DNA of 32,000 bases from contig WALQ01000028.1 in the NCBI GenBank assembly GCA_015522745.1, forward strand, positions 2,961 through 34,960. Reading direction: 5' to 3'. The position numbers and the translations under genes were made by a program. The notes under the pieces are model-generated. The model did no database searches. It saw only the letters and a program-made list of their open reading frames with translations, and was not told the origin of the DNA. This DNA is from Candidatus Aenigmatarchaeota archaeon (GTDB taxonomy: Archaea; Aenigmatarchaeota; Aenigmatarchaeia; GW2011-AR5; WALA01). Positions 14,961-22,675 of this stretch are shown here, in pieces; the first letter of the stretch is position 1; the number at the start of each line of letters is the position of its first letter.

Positions 14961-16310
14961 TTACTTGTGCGTGTATATGCCATGCTTAGACAATAGATTA
15001 TTCACGTCTCCGTTGTACTTGTCTTTAACGAATTTTTCAAACGTGTCTATGTTTACATATTTTGCCGCTGTTTTTATATTTGGCTTTTTGTATTGACCTT
15101 TTTTAGCTCCAACTTCTTCAGGGTTCTCTTTGAGCTCATCACGTATCCATGTTAGATATCCCTCCATCGCCTCTTTCGCGCCTTTTAGATATTCTCCATT
15201 TTCCGTGACTTTTGCCATAGTATTACGGAGCTCATCCAAATTGTTTTCGTATGCGTCCTTGTTGTTGGGATCAGCTATTCTTTTTCTTTCCAAGTATCTG
15301 TTCGCCAAATACGCTATGGAGGCCGTGGCCGCAAAATCTCCGTTTTCTTTTTTCTTTTCCTGCTTTACATTATTGCTTATGTAAGCGTTTATGGTATCTG
15401 CCAATTTTTCTGTTTTGTTATTGGTAATGTTATACGTAGTAGAGCTCTTTTCATCCTCTTTTTTCAATTCATTGATTTCATTAATTATGCTTGTGACTAT
15501 CTCCTTGTATGCGCCATCATCGATGACATTCGAGTTTTCTGAATTGGCACCGCTTCTGCTGTATGACCCTCCGCTTTCTGCCGATGCGTTCCCACCGTTG
15601 ATGGTTGAACTTTGATTTGATCTTCCTCCTGATGCATAAGAGTCTCCTCCTTCACTTTTGGACGAGTTGTTTGAAGAGTTCTTTGACGAATTGTTTGCGT
15701 TTGATGAGTTGTTTGCCGAGTTGGTTGATGAGTTGTTAGAATTTCCTCCGTATCCACTTCCACCAGAGCCACCATTGGCAGTTACATTTGGATTCGCTGT
15801 TGCACTTCCTCCGTATCCGCTGCCACCTTCACCACCGGTGGCGCTAACTTTTCCTACACTTCCACCAGAGGCATTTACATTAACCCCTTTTTCTAAAAAT
15901 TTTTCTAAAAAGTGTTCTAAGTTAACATAGGTATTATTATTGATAACAATTCCGCTACCCTGATTTCCTGTTCCGCTTCCTCCGCCGCCGTTTCCGCTTC
16001 CTCCGTCTCCGCCGCCATCATTTCCTCCTCCGTCTCCGCCGCCATCATTTCCTCCTCCGTCTCCGCCGCCATCATTTCCTCCTCCGTCTCCACCACCATC
16101 GTTTCCGCCGCCTCCGCCGGAATGTCCAGGTGGTGGTTGATACGTTGGCATATTAGGAACTTCGTGCCTTTCTCCTGTTTCTTTCTCAAATAAATTCCCT
16201 ATGGTTTGGGGTATTTGGTCCACCGGAACTTCTGAGGATATATATTCTTTCTTAAATGGGTTATTTTCCTTTTTATTATTGTTATCATTTCCCTCTGGCA
16301 TGCTTATCAC
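14961..16310 (-). CDS. low-complexity Gly/Asn/Asp- and Ser/Asn-rich protein with a globular Lys/Glu-rich C-terminal domain, 449 aa
   Basis: Long ORF with no N-terminal hydrophobic segment. It contains PPPGHSGGGG(GNDGGGDGG)x4, GG.GGSGYGG x2, and NSNNSSTNSANNSSNANNSSKNSSNNSS, followed by about 170 aa of ordinary composition. The track start at 16310 is GTG; an ATG lies at 16301. A TATA box sits about 27 nt upstream. Confidence 0.7.
   Translation of the reverse strand: MISMPEGNDNNNKKENNPFKKEYISSEVPVDQIPQTIGNLFEKETGERHEVPNMPTYQPPPGHSGGGGGNDGGGDGGGNDGGGDGGGNDGGGDGGGNDGGGDGGSGNGGGGSGTGNQGSGIVINNNTYVNLEHFLEKFLEKGVNVNASGGSVGKVSATGGEGGSGYGGSATANPNVTANGGSGGSGYGGNSNNSSTNSANNSSNANNSSKNSSNNSSKSEGGDSYASGGRSNQSSTINGGNASAESGGSYSRSGANSENSNVIDDGAYKEIVTSIINEINELKKEDEKSSTTYNITNNKTEKLADTINAYISNNVKQEKKKENGDFAATASIAYLANRYLERKRIADPNNKDAYENNLDELRNTMAKVTENGEYLKGAKEAMEGYLTWIRDELKENPEEVGAKKGQYKKPNIKTAAKYVNIDTFEKFVKDKYNGDVNNLLSKHGIYTHK
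15974..16108. repeat. 27-bp tandem repeat inside the CDS: 3 perfect copies plus 2 degenerate flanking copies
   Basis: ctccgtctccgccgccatcatttcctc is identical at 16001-16027, 16028-16054 and 16055-16081. Diverged copies lie at 15974-16000 and 16082-16108. The repeat encodes GGGNDGGGD on the minus strand. Confidence 0.9.
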
Positions 16311-16334
16311 TATTTTACTATTGTTCGGCGGTTT

Positions 16335-16351
16335 ATATAAAGTTTTTAGCG
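16335..16351 (-). promoter_or_regulatory. TATA/BRE-like promoter core of the 14961..16310 gene (copy 1 of an identical 17-mer)
   Basis: The minus strand reads CGCTAAAAACTTTATAT. The TATA centre is about 27 nt upstream of the start at 16310. The exact same 17-mer occurs at 16832..16848. Confidence 0.45.
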
Positions 16352-16380
16352 TGAGCTCCGGGCGTATTAGTGCGGAGCGC

Positions 16381-16809
16381 TCAGGCGGAGAATGCCACGA
16401 GTATTTCCGAGCCGATTATCACGAGAAGCAATCCGAATATCTTCATCAACGTCACGGAATCGCCCATAAAGAATCCTATGACGGACGAAACCGCAATGCT
16501 CCCGCCAATGATTATTGGACCCGCGACCGAAATCGGAATTCCGTATCCATACGATTTCAGCGAGAAATAATCAATCAACAATGCGAAAATCCCGGCAAGA
16601 GCCGCGAACAGCACCCCCTTTGGATTTGTGAATAGAATCGTGCTTTTTATTTTCGGCAAAAGAAACACCAATCCAATCGCAGACGCGGTCAATGATACGA
16701 CTATTGCTCCGAACAGATAATTTATTTTGCTCGCTGCCTGCTGCTCAAATACGACCCAAAAGGCGGAAGTAATTGCGGCGGCTATCGCGTAGATTATTCC
16801 CAAATTCAT
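16381..16809 (-). CDS. small EamA/DMT-like membrane transporter (single EamA-type domain, about 5 TM)
   Basis: MNLGIIYAIAAAITSAFWVVFEQQA… has 142 aa from the ATG at 16809, with Gly/Ala-rich TM helices typical of DMT-fold half transporters. The track start at 16824 is TTG. The ATG at 16809 sits about 26 nt from the TATA centre, so a leaderless start is preferred. Confidence 0.55.
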   Translation of the reverse strand: MNLGIIYAIAAAITSAFWVVFEQQAASKINYLFGAIVVSLTASAIGLVFLLPKIKSTILFTNPKGVLFAALAGIFALLIDYFSLKSYGYGIPISVAGPIIIGGSIAVSSVIGFFMGDSVTLMKIFGLLLVIIGSEILVAFSA

Positions 16810-16831
16810 GATACTAATTCTCAAAGGATAA

Positions 16832-16848
16832 ATATAAAGTTTTTAGCG
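16832..16848 (-). promoter_or_regulatory. TATA/BRE-like promoter core of the EamA-like gene (copy 2 of the identical 17-mer)
   Basis: The plus-strand atataaagtttttagcg is identical to 16335..16351. It is positioned about 26 nt upstream of the ATG at 16809 on the minus strand. Confidence 0.45.
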
Positions 16849-16860
16849 CCTTGCACTCAC

Positions 16861-16870
16861 ATTTATATTC
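16861..16870 (+). promoter_or_regulatory. TATA box for the nucleotidyltransferase operon
   Basis: ATTTATATTC is centred about 26 nt upstream of the ATG at 16892, with no SD between them. This suggests a leaderless start. Confidence 0.3.
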
Positions 16871-16891
16871 AAGTGCGAACAAATAATACTC

Positions 16892-17977
16892 ATGGACATT
16901 GACGGAGCTCTCAAAGAACTTTCAAAGGTGCTAGTAGAGCGCTACGGAAGCAAGATAAAGGCAATTTGGACGTACGGTTCTTATGCCCGTGGAACAATGA
17001 ACTCGGGGTCTGACATTGACATTCTCATACTTCTTGACGACGTCAGCCAGAAAATTGGTGTTGCGGTGCAGAACGATATCTTTACGTTTGCTCAATTTAT
17101 TGGTAACAAAATAAAAAAAGAAAACAAAATAAAAAACGAATTCCACTTCCAGCCGCCCCGAACGCTAACGGATTGGTGGGATTTGCTGCGCTCTGGCGAA
17201 CCGTGGGTATACACGGGAATGCACGACGCGAAAATACTCTACGACCCATCGGGGTTCGTTGAGCCGATAAAGCGCCTTCTCAACGAAGGGAGGATTTACG
17301 CCACGAAGGAGAAGAGCATCGCACTCCTCAGGCGCGCTAAAAGCCGCTACGAGTCCCTACACAAAAAAATACTTATCGATGTCATGTCTAAAATACTCAG
17401 GGTCATGGTGGAGACATCGCAGGCGGTTCTCATGTACTACGGCGAGCCGCCACTCTACGACGAAATGCTCTTGAGCAAGATGAAGTACCTCGCCGACAAG
17501 AAGCTCATCAAGGATAAGTACTTCCTCTACCTTGAGGACATTTACAAAGTCAATGAGCTCATAAAGAGTGGCGACATGGGCACGCTCAGGATTCGCGATG
17601 TGGAGCGCTACATAAACCGTGGTATGGAATTCATAGGGGGCATGGAAAAACTTTTCGAGAAGCTCGAGATAAAGAAAAAGAAGATGATAATACGGAAGTC
17701 TCATGAGCAGATGATGAAAATCGCAAAGGCGGTGCTCAAATCGTTTGGCGTGAAAGTGAAGAGTGAACGCTCAATCGTTAAGAAGTTGAAGGAGCTCTCG
17801 AAGAAGGGCTACATCACCCCGCTCTACATAGAGTTCATAAAGCACATAATCGACATGAGAAAGAAGATGAATAACGTTCAGGTCCTTTCCGAAAAGGACA
17901 TTTACAACTCACGCGTTTACGTGAAGACGCTCGAATCTCTTTTGGAGATGGCGAAGTATGAAAAAAAGCGAAAGTAA
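16892..17977 (+). CDS. Pol-beta-superfamily nucleotidyltransferase domain protein with a long helical C-terminal region, 361 aa
   Basis: YGSYARGTMNSGSDIDILILLDD matches the G-S…[DE]-x-[DE] minimal nucleotidyltransferase motif followed by a hydrophobic strand. The C-terminal ~230 aa are helical and Lys-rich. Confidence 0.75.
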   Translation: MDIDGALKELSKVLVERYGSKIKAIWTYGSYARGTMNSGSDIDILILLDDVSQKIGVAVQNDIFTFAQFIGNKIKKENKIKNEFHFQPPRTLTDWWDLLRSGEPWVYTGMHDAKILYDPSGFVEPIKRLLNEGRIYATKEKSIALLRRAKSRYESLHKKILIDVMSKILRVMVETSQAVLMYYGEPPLYDEMLLSKMKYLADKKLIKDKYFLYLEDIYKVNELIKSGDMGTLRIRDVERYINRGMEFIGGMEKLFEKLEIKKKKMIIRKSHEQMMKIAKAVLKSFGVKVKSERSIVKKLKELSKKGYITPLYIEFIKHIIDMRKKMNNVQVLSEKDIYNSRVYVKTLESLLEMAKYEKKRK

Positions 17978-18743
17978 GCCGAAGAAAAAGGTAAACAAGA
18001 AAGTCGTCGAAGCGGGGAAGTTGATAGTAGACGAATTCATCAAGAATTACGAGTCGAACATAAAATCGATTTGGATAATACCGCCAAAAGAGAAAGAGAT
18101 AAACATGATATTCCTCATAGACGACACGCTCGAAATATCCAAGGACAAAATCGACGAAATGAAGCTCGCCGCATCGCTCATATCAAAGAAGATATTCAAG
18201 AAGTACAAGATAACGTTCGTCACCCAATTCCAAATGCTCACTGACTATTGGGAGGCCATAAAGAATGGAAATCCGGCGATAATATCTGAGATAAGGGACG
18301 GTGTTTCCGTTTACGACCCCTCCGGGTTCTTCGTGCCCATAAAGAAGCTCATACAGAAGGGGCGCGTTCCGGGCACTAAAGAGGCGATGAAGGAGCTCAT
18401 TGCCCATTCACCAGACGAGCTCGCCAAGCTGAAAACGCAGATAAAGGTGGACATAATATCTTCGATGTTCGATATGATAGTTGACCTGTCCCATGCGCTT
18501 CTCATAGCAAATGGTGTATCGCCACCCATACCAAAGAAGATACCCGAATACCTCAGGAGGCACATAGTCAAGAAGGGAATACTGAAGAATTCCGATGTTG
18601 AGAAAATCGAATACGTGATAAAATTTTGGAAGGACGTCGAGCATGGTCGCATAAAGATCGATGACATAACGTCTAATGAGCTCGACAACATAATAGAAAG
18701 TGTGACGTCGTACGTGGACGATGTCGAGCTTGTGTTGAAGTGA
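17958..18743 (+). CDS. paralog of the upstream nucleotidyltransferase with a degenerate active site, 261 aa
   Basis: Overlaps the upstream gene by 20 nt. It aligns to it (YDPSGFFVPIKKLIQKGRVPGTKEAM vs YDPSGFVEPIKRLLNEGRIYATKEKS). The G-S / D-x-D segment is replaced by WIIPPKEKEINMIFLIDDT. Confidence 0.65.
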   Translation: MKKSESKPKKKVNKKVVEAGKLIVDEFIKNYESNIKSIWIIPPKEKEINMIFLIDDTLEISKDKIDEMKLAASLISKKIFKKYKITFVTQFQMLTDYWEAIKNGNPAIISEIRDGVSVYDPSGFFVPIKKLIQKGRVPGTKEAMKELIAHSPDELAKLKTQIKVDIISSMFDMIVDLSHALLIANGVSPPIPKKIPEYLRRHIVKKGILKNSDVEKIEYVIKFWKDVEHGRIKIDDITSNELDNIIESVTSYVDDVELVLK

Positions 18744-18747
18744 TTTT

Positions 18748-18918
18748 ATGAAGGTTACACGTGTTGGTGTTGTTACGGGTGTCATAGGGGGCATACTTCA
18801 GCTGAGCAAGATAGCCGACAAGTTCCCGTACCCTATAAATTACGTGGGATACGCTGCCATATTCATAGGCGTCTTCATGATAGCGTTTGATGTCATGCAC
18901 GGCGGACTCGAAGATTGA
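18748..18918 (+). CDS. small 2-TM membrane protein, 56 aa, not in the ORF track
   Basis: AGTGAT-TTT-ATG matches the local SD spacing, and the SD contains the upstream stop codon. Hand translation gives MKVTRVGVVTGVIGGILQLSKIADKFPYPINYVGYAAIFIGVFMIAFDVMHGGLED*. It competes with the antisense 92-aa track ORF at 18673..18951. Confidence 0.5.
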   Translation: MKVTRVGVVTGVIGGILQLSKIADKFPYPINYVGYAAIFIGVFMIAFDVMHGGLED

Positions 18919-18970
18919 TTTGTCCAGTTGTTTTATAAGCATTTCTGACAATTAAATTTTGGGTGATTTA

Positions 18971-19297
18971 GTGGCAGATTCATTTTCATTCAAACGGTCT
19001 CCATCAGTTTACAGGAGTGTAAAGGATATCAACCCGGAGAAGGACAGTCGCGTCCGGCTCTTGGGAAAAGTTGTTAACAAGAAGGATGATTTGCTCTTTC
19101 TCGATGATGGAACAAACACAGCAGAAATCACAATGATGAACGATTTTGACGTCGCCATAGGCGAGACTGTGCGTGTATTTTGTCGCGTTCTCCCACTTGA
19201 AGATGGATACGAGCTCCGTGGAGAGATAATTCAGAAGATGGACTCGCTTGACGTCGAGCTCTACAAGAAGGCCGTTGAGAAATTTAGAGGTGATTAA
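18971..19297 (+). CDS. small OB-fold (nucleic-acid-binding, tRNA_anti/RPA-like) protein
   Basis: …SRVRLLGKVVNKKDDLLFLDDGTNTAEITMMNDFDVAIGETVRVFCRVLP… is the typical beta-barrel OB pattern. The track start is TTG at 18959, but GGTGAT-TTA-GTG places the start at 18971 with the same spacing used by neighbouring genes. It is coupled to PCNA. Confidence 0.6.
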   Translation: MADSFSFKRSPSVYRSVKDINPEKDSRVRLLGKVVNKKDDLLFLDDGTNTAEITMMNDFDVAIGETVRVFCRVLPLEDGYELRGEIIQKMDSLDVELYKKAVEKFRGD

Positions 19298-20044
19298 ATG
19301 GACATAGTTCTTGACCATGTTGATGTTCTGCGCGATTCTTTGCAGGCGATAACTGAGCTCATTGATGAAGGAATATTCAAATTCACTCCCACTGGATTGG
19401 AGTTTGTTGCCGCCGACCGCGCCGTGGTTGCTGTGGCAGCATTTTCAATGAGCAAAGACCTTTTCAGAAAATATTCTGTTGATAAGGAGATACCAATTGG
19501 TCTCAATCTTGAGGAGTTTCTGAATGTCTTGAAGCGCGTCAAATCGGGTGAGTCGCTTGCATTTGAGGCGAACGGTGGCCAGCTTATGTTGACGTCGGTT
19601 GGAAAGTACAGAAGGACGTTCACTCTGCCCGTTCTCAACATATCCGAAGAGGAGGCACCACCCATAGACAAGCTCACCGATTTCAAGGCGGCATTCGACA
19701 TATCAACAGCGGTGTTCCAAGATGCCATAACAGATGCGGGTCTGTTCTCGGACTCGATAACGTTCATAGTGAAAAAAGATGTTTTGATGTTGAAATCGTC
19801 CGTTGACTCGAAGGGCACGGAAATGGTTCTCACGCCAGGTGATGATGGTATTAAAAACTTTGAAGTCGCAGAAGATGTTAAGTCGAACTACTCGCTCGAT
19901 TATTTGAAGAAGATGATGAAGGCATCAAAAATTTCAGATACGGTGAAAATATCACTTTCAACAAACTATCCAATGAAAATGAATTTTAGTGCACCAGGCG
20001 TGAAACTTGGATTCATACTAGCCCCACGGTTTGAAGAAGAGTAA
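19298..20044 (+). CDS. pcn: DNA polymerase sliding clamp PCNA
   Basis: 248 aa. The N-terminus …LRDSLQAITELIDEGIFKFTPTGLEFVAADRAVVAVAAFSM… and the two-domain length are typical of archaeal PCNA. GGTGAT-TAA-ATG start. Confidence 0.9.
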   Translation: MDIVLDHVDVLRDSLQAITELIDEGIFKFTPTGLEFVAADRAVVAVAAFSMSKDLFRKYSVDKEIPIGLNLEEFLNVLKRVKSGESLAFEANGGQLMLTSVGKYRRTFTLPVLNISEEEAPPIDKLTDFKAAFDISTAVFQDAITDAGLFSDSITFIVKKDVLMLKSSVDSKGTEMVLTPGDDGIKNFEVAEDVKSNYSLDYLKKMMKASKISDTVKISLSTNYPMKMNFSAPGVKLGFILAPRFEEE

Positions 20045-20896
20045 TTACAATTTCAATTTTTTCTTTATTTCTTTGGCAACACTATCACTGACGTCTATTG
20101 CAGATATTTCTGATTGTATTGTGTTCGTCGCGACGAGCTCATCAACATTTATTGCTCTCCAGTCCCCGACAAGCACGGGATGAACAACACACCCTACTAG
20201 CTTTTCGACACCGCGCGATCTTAGAAGGTCCGCTGCCATCTTAAGCGTTCCACCACTTGCAAGTATGTCGTCAATGAGTATTGCATTTTTTGGCATCTCT
20301 CCATCATAGTCAAATTTTATAGATATCGATCCCGTTGACGGATTTCTAGTTTTTTCCATGCATATGTAATCATACCCGAGCTTTTTGGCCACCTTTTTCA
20401 CAAGTTTTGTCGAGCCCTTGTCTGGACCTATGATGGTTCCACCTATTTTTTTCAGATAATTGGAAAGGTCATCTGAAACGTCAATGTTAATTACGCCATC
20501 CATCTCATTGTGGAGCTCAACTGAGAAAATGTTGTCTGCCCAAACTTTCAGAATTTCTTTCACGAATTTTGATGATACAGGTTCACCAGATATTATGACA
20601 CGGTCTTGCCTACTGTATGGAAAATAAGGAAGAACAAGATTTATTTTATTTGCTCCGTATGATTTCAGGTTTCTTATCGTGATCAGGATTTCCATGAGAT
20701 AGCTGTTTGGATTGTACGGCCTGGACGCTGTCATTGCGAGCACAACATCTTTTCCTATGATTTTGTCAGGAACTGAGAGTCGTGGGCAAACCTCACCATC
20801 AGGAAACGTTCTGCGTTTGACATCTATGAAATCAAGGCCAAGCTTCTCCGAAAGAGATTGAGCAAATGAATCTCCGGCGACAATCATTTTTTCCAT
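20045..20896 (-). CDS. prs: ribose-phosphate pyrophosphokinase (PRPP synthetase)
   Basis: …FPDGEVCPRL…, …LVLPYFPYSRQDRV…, and the PRPP-binding loop ILIDDILASGGTL. 283 aa. Confidence 0.9.
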   Translation of the reverse strand: MEKMIVAGDSFAQSLSEKLGLDFIDVKRRTFPDGEVCPRLSVPDKIIGKDVVLAMTASRPYNPNSYLMEILITIRNLKSYGANKINLVLPYFPYSRQDRVIISGEPVSSKFVKEILKVWADNIFSVELHNEMDGVINIDVSDDLSNYLKKIGGTIIGPDKGSTKLVKKVAKKLGYDYICMEKTRNPSTGSISIKFDYDGEMPKNAILIDDILASGGTLKMAADLLRSRGVEKLVGCVVHPVLVGDWRAINVDELVATNTIQSEISAIDVSDSVAKEIKKKLKL

Positions 20897-21519
20897 AATC
20901 CCACCACAAACCTAAATGATATACTTATTATTCTCCACAAAACCTTAAAGAAGTCAACGTATATCGATATTGCAGCTGTTATGTAGTCCTCGTCATTGTA
21001 ATCACGTATTATCCTTGATGTGTCCATTAGAATCATAATCAAGAACAATATTATAGTTAAGATATCTGCAATCAAGTCGTACAGGCGATGAACGAGGAAT
21101 ATGTTTATAAGTGATGCCACGATTAAACCTATGTTTATTGCTACGAGCATCCCCCCCAAAGAGCGAAAGTCCCTCTTTGTTGCCATTGAGTAAAGTGAGA
21201 GCGACATTATGAAAAGTGAGCTCACGAGCATTGATTCGATGAATATTATCTGATTATACCCAAACAGATGATATATGAGTGGAAACAATATCATTCCACT
21301 CAATATTGAAAATGAGAAGAACAGGAATGCATTCCACGGTTTTCTTCTTTTCAACCACACGAACATGAAGAAAATTAGAATGTAAATCCCATACGATATG
21401 AGAGATTCTATTTCTCCTGTATATCTTATGAGCGCAGAAATTGATGCACCTATGGCTATCATGAACACAGATATTCCAAACAACGGAAGTACTTTTGTCC
21501 TAAATTCATCCTCTTTCAT
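20884..21519 (-). CDS. BAX inhibitor-1/YccA-like 7-TM membrane protein
   Basis: 211 aa, about 7 TM helices. The C-terminal …DYNDEDYITAAISIYVDFFKVLWRIISI resembles the BI-1 family C-terminal signature (…A..LYLD..N.F..LL.I). Overlaps the prs start by 13 nt. Confidence 0.55.
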   Translation of the reverse strand: MKEDEFRTKVLPLFGISVFMIAIGASISALIRYTGEIESLISYGIYILIFFMFVWLKRRKPWNAFLFFSFSILSGMILFPLIYHLFGYNQIIFIESMLVSSLFIMSLSLYSMATKRDFRSLGGMLVAINIGLIVASLINIFLVHRLYDLIADILTIILFLIMILMDTSRIIRDYNDEDYITAAISIYVDFFKVLWRIISISFRFVVGLWKK

Positions 21520-21520
21520 T

Positions 21521-22129
21521 TTATCTCCTCAACTTGTAATACATTTTTGGTTCCTCTCCAGAAAGTATGAGTGGTATCTTTGGAATGTGCGCCACGAACA
21601 TTGGAACGCACGCTGCTAGTGCAACGTACACGTAAAACTTATCAAAACCGAGAATGAAGAGTGCGAATGGTGTCAGAAGCGCTGCGAGAACTTGCCCGAG
21701 AGAAAATATGCGCGTCGGAACGAATCCCATGAACCATATGACAATCCACACCAGGGCAATTTTCCAATTCACAGTTAGCGCTATGCCAAGTGATGTTGCT
21801 ATTCCGCGACCAGAACGAAATCGCTCGAACATCGACCAATTGTGTCCGCAAACAACGAGCAGCGACGAAATTATGATGGCTGAGTTCACGTTTCCCCCTG
21901 TGACACAAGCAATGTGCATGGCTGTTGCGACTGCGAGAGCTCCCTTTCCTGCGTCAAGTACAAGCACAACAAGTGCCTTTTTTATCGATTTCGTTGCGCG
22001 AAATGTATTCATTGTTCCAATATTTCCAGAGCCGACTTTCTTTAAATCTATTCCTGAGATTATTTTTGCAAATGGAATTGACCCGAGCATGTAAGACAAA
22101 ATAGCTATCAACAACATCATCATTTCCAC
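21521..22129 (-). CDS. PlsY-family (acyl-phosphate:glycerol-3-phosphate acyltransferase-like) membrane protein, paralog 3
   Basis: YMLGSIPFAKII…VGSGNIGTMNTFR…DAGKGALAV…CGHNWSMFERFRSGRGIATSLG. All three PlsY motif blocks are recognisable but substituted. Confidence 0.7.
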   Translation of the reverse strand: MEMMMLLIAILSYMLGSIPFAKIISGIDLKKVGSGNIGTMNTFRATKSIKKALVVLVLDAGKGALAVATAMHIACVTGGNVNSAIIISSLLVVCGHNWSMFERFRSGRGIATSLGIALTVNWKIALVWIVIWFMGFVPTRIFSLGQVLAALLTPFALFILGFDKFYVYVALAACVPMFVAHIPKIPLILSGEEPKMYYKLRR

Positions 22130-22674
22130 CGTTCAGATTTTATTTTGTAATATCGCTTTAAATATCCTATTGACAGTGCTGTTGCCGCGCCGTAAAACGC
22201 TGAAAATGTTGAATTTATGAACATGGTTGATGCGCTTAAAATTGCTATTGCGACGAGCCCCGAAATGCAATTCCCAAGTTTCTTTGGCATAAACTTATAG
22301 AAAATAAACGCGAGAGTGTACCTTGTCGCATAAACGAAAAATGCGAATATCGGATTCTCGTAGAGTATTATTCCAAACGATGTGAGTTGACCCATCCCAC
22401 CCTCAAAATTAAGATACGGAGAAAAAACGTGACCGATAACCGCGAAAAACGCGGACACGAACGGATGGCCGAACAATGCGACCGGTACAATTCCTTTCAT
22501 CAAGTCGAGCAAAAATGCGAGGGCGACTTTCAATTTTGAGTGCTCATGCGAGAGGAAGTTGTAAAATCCAACATTCTTGTCACCCACGCTTCTTAAATCA
22601 TGCGATGCAAACAATTGGGCAAACGGTATTCCCCCAATGAGATAGGCGAAAACAACAGATGCAACGACGTTCAC
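22120..22674 (-). CDS. PlsY-family membrane protein, divergent paralog 2
   Basis: YLIGGIPFAQLF…VGDKNVGFYNFLS…DLMKGIVPV…IGHVFSPYLNFEGGMGQLTSFG. Motif 1 (GSGNxGATN) and the GGKG of motif 3 are eroded. Overlaps paralog 3 by 10 nt. Confidence 0.6.
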   Translation of the reverse strand: MNVVASVVFAYLIGGIPFAQLFASHDLRSVGDKNVGFYNFLSHEHSKLKVALAFLLDLMKGIVPVALFGHPFVSAFFAVIGHVFSPYLNFEGGMGQLTSFGIILYENPIFAFFVYATRYTLAFIFYKFMPKKLGNCISGLVAIAILSASTMFINSTFSAFYGAATALSIGYLKRYYKIKSERWK

Positions 22675-22675
22675 T

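Noticed and set aside
15658-16189. Alternative-frame ORFs across the repeat region (15658..15930 +, 15917..16189 -, 15497..15775 -)
   Set aside because: These are artefacts of low-complexity, repeat-rich DNA that stays open in several frames. Only the 449-aa frame continues into a normal C-terminal domain and has a promoter.
18673-18951. 92-aa minus-strand ORF (MSEMLIKQLDKSIF…)
   Set aside because: It overlaps the 3' end of the 17958..18743 gene and is antisense to a 56-aa 2-TM ORF that has the locus-typical SD spacing. Its C-terminal third is Thr/Arg/His-rich junk. It is not fully excluded.
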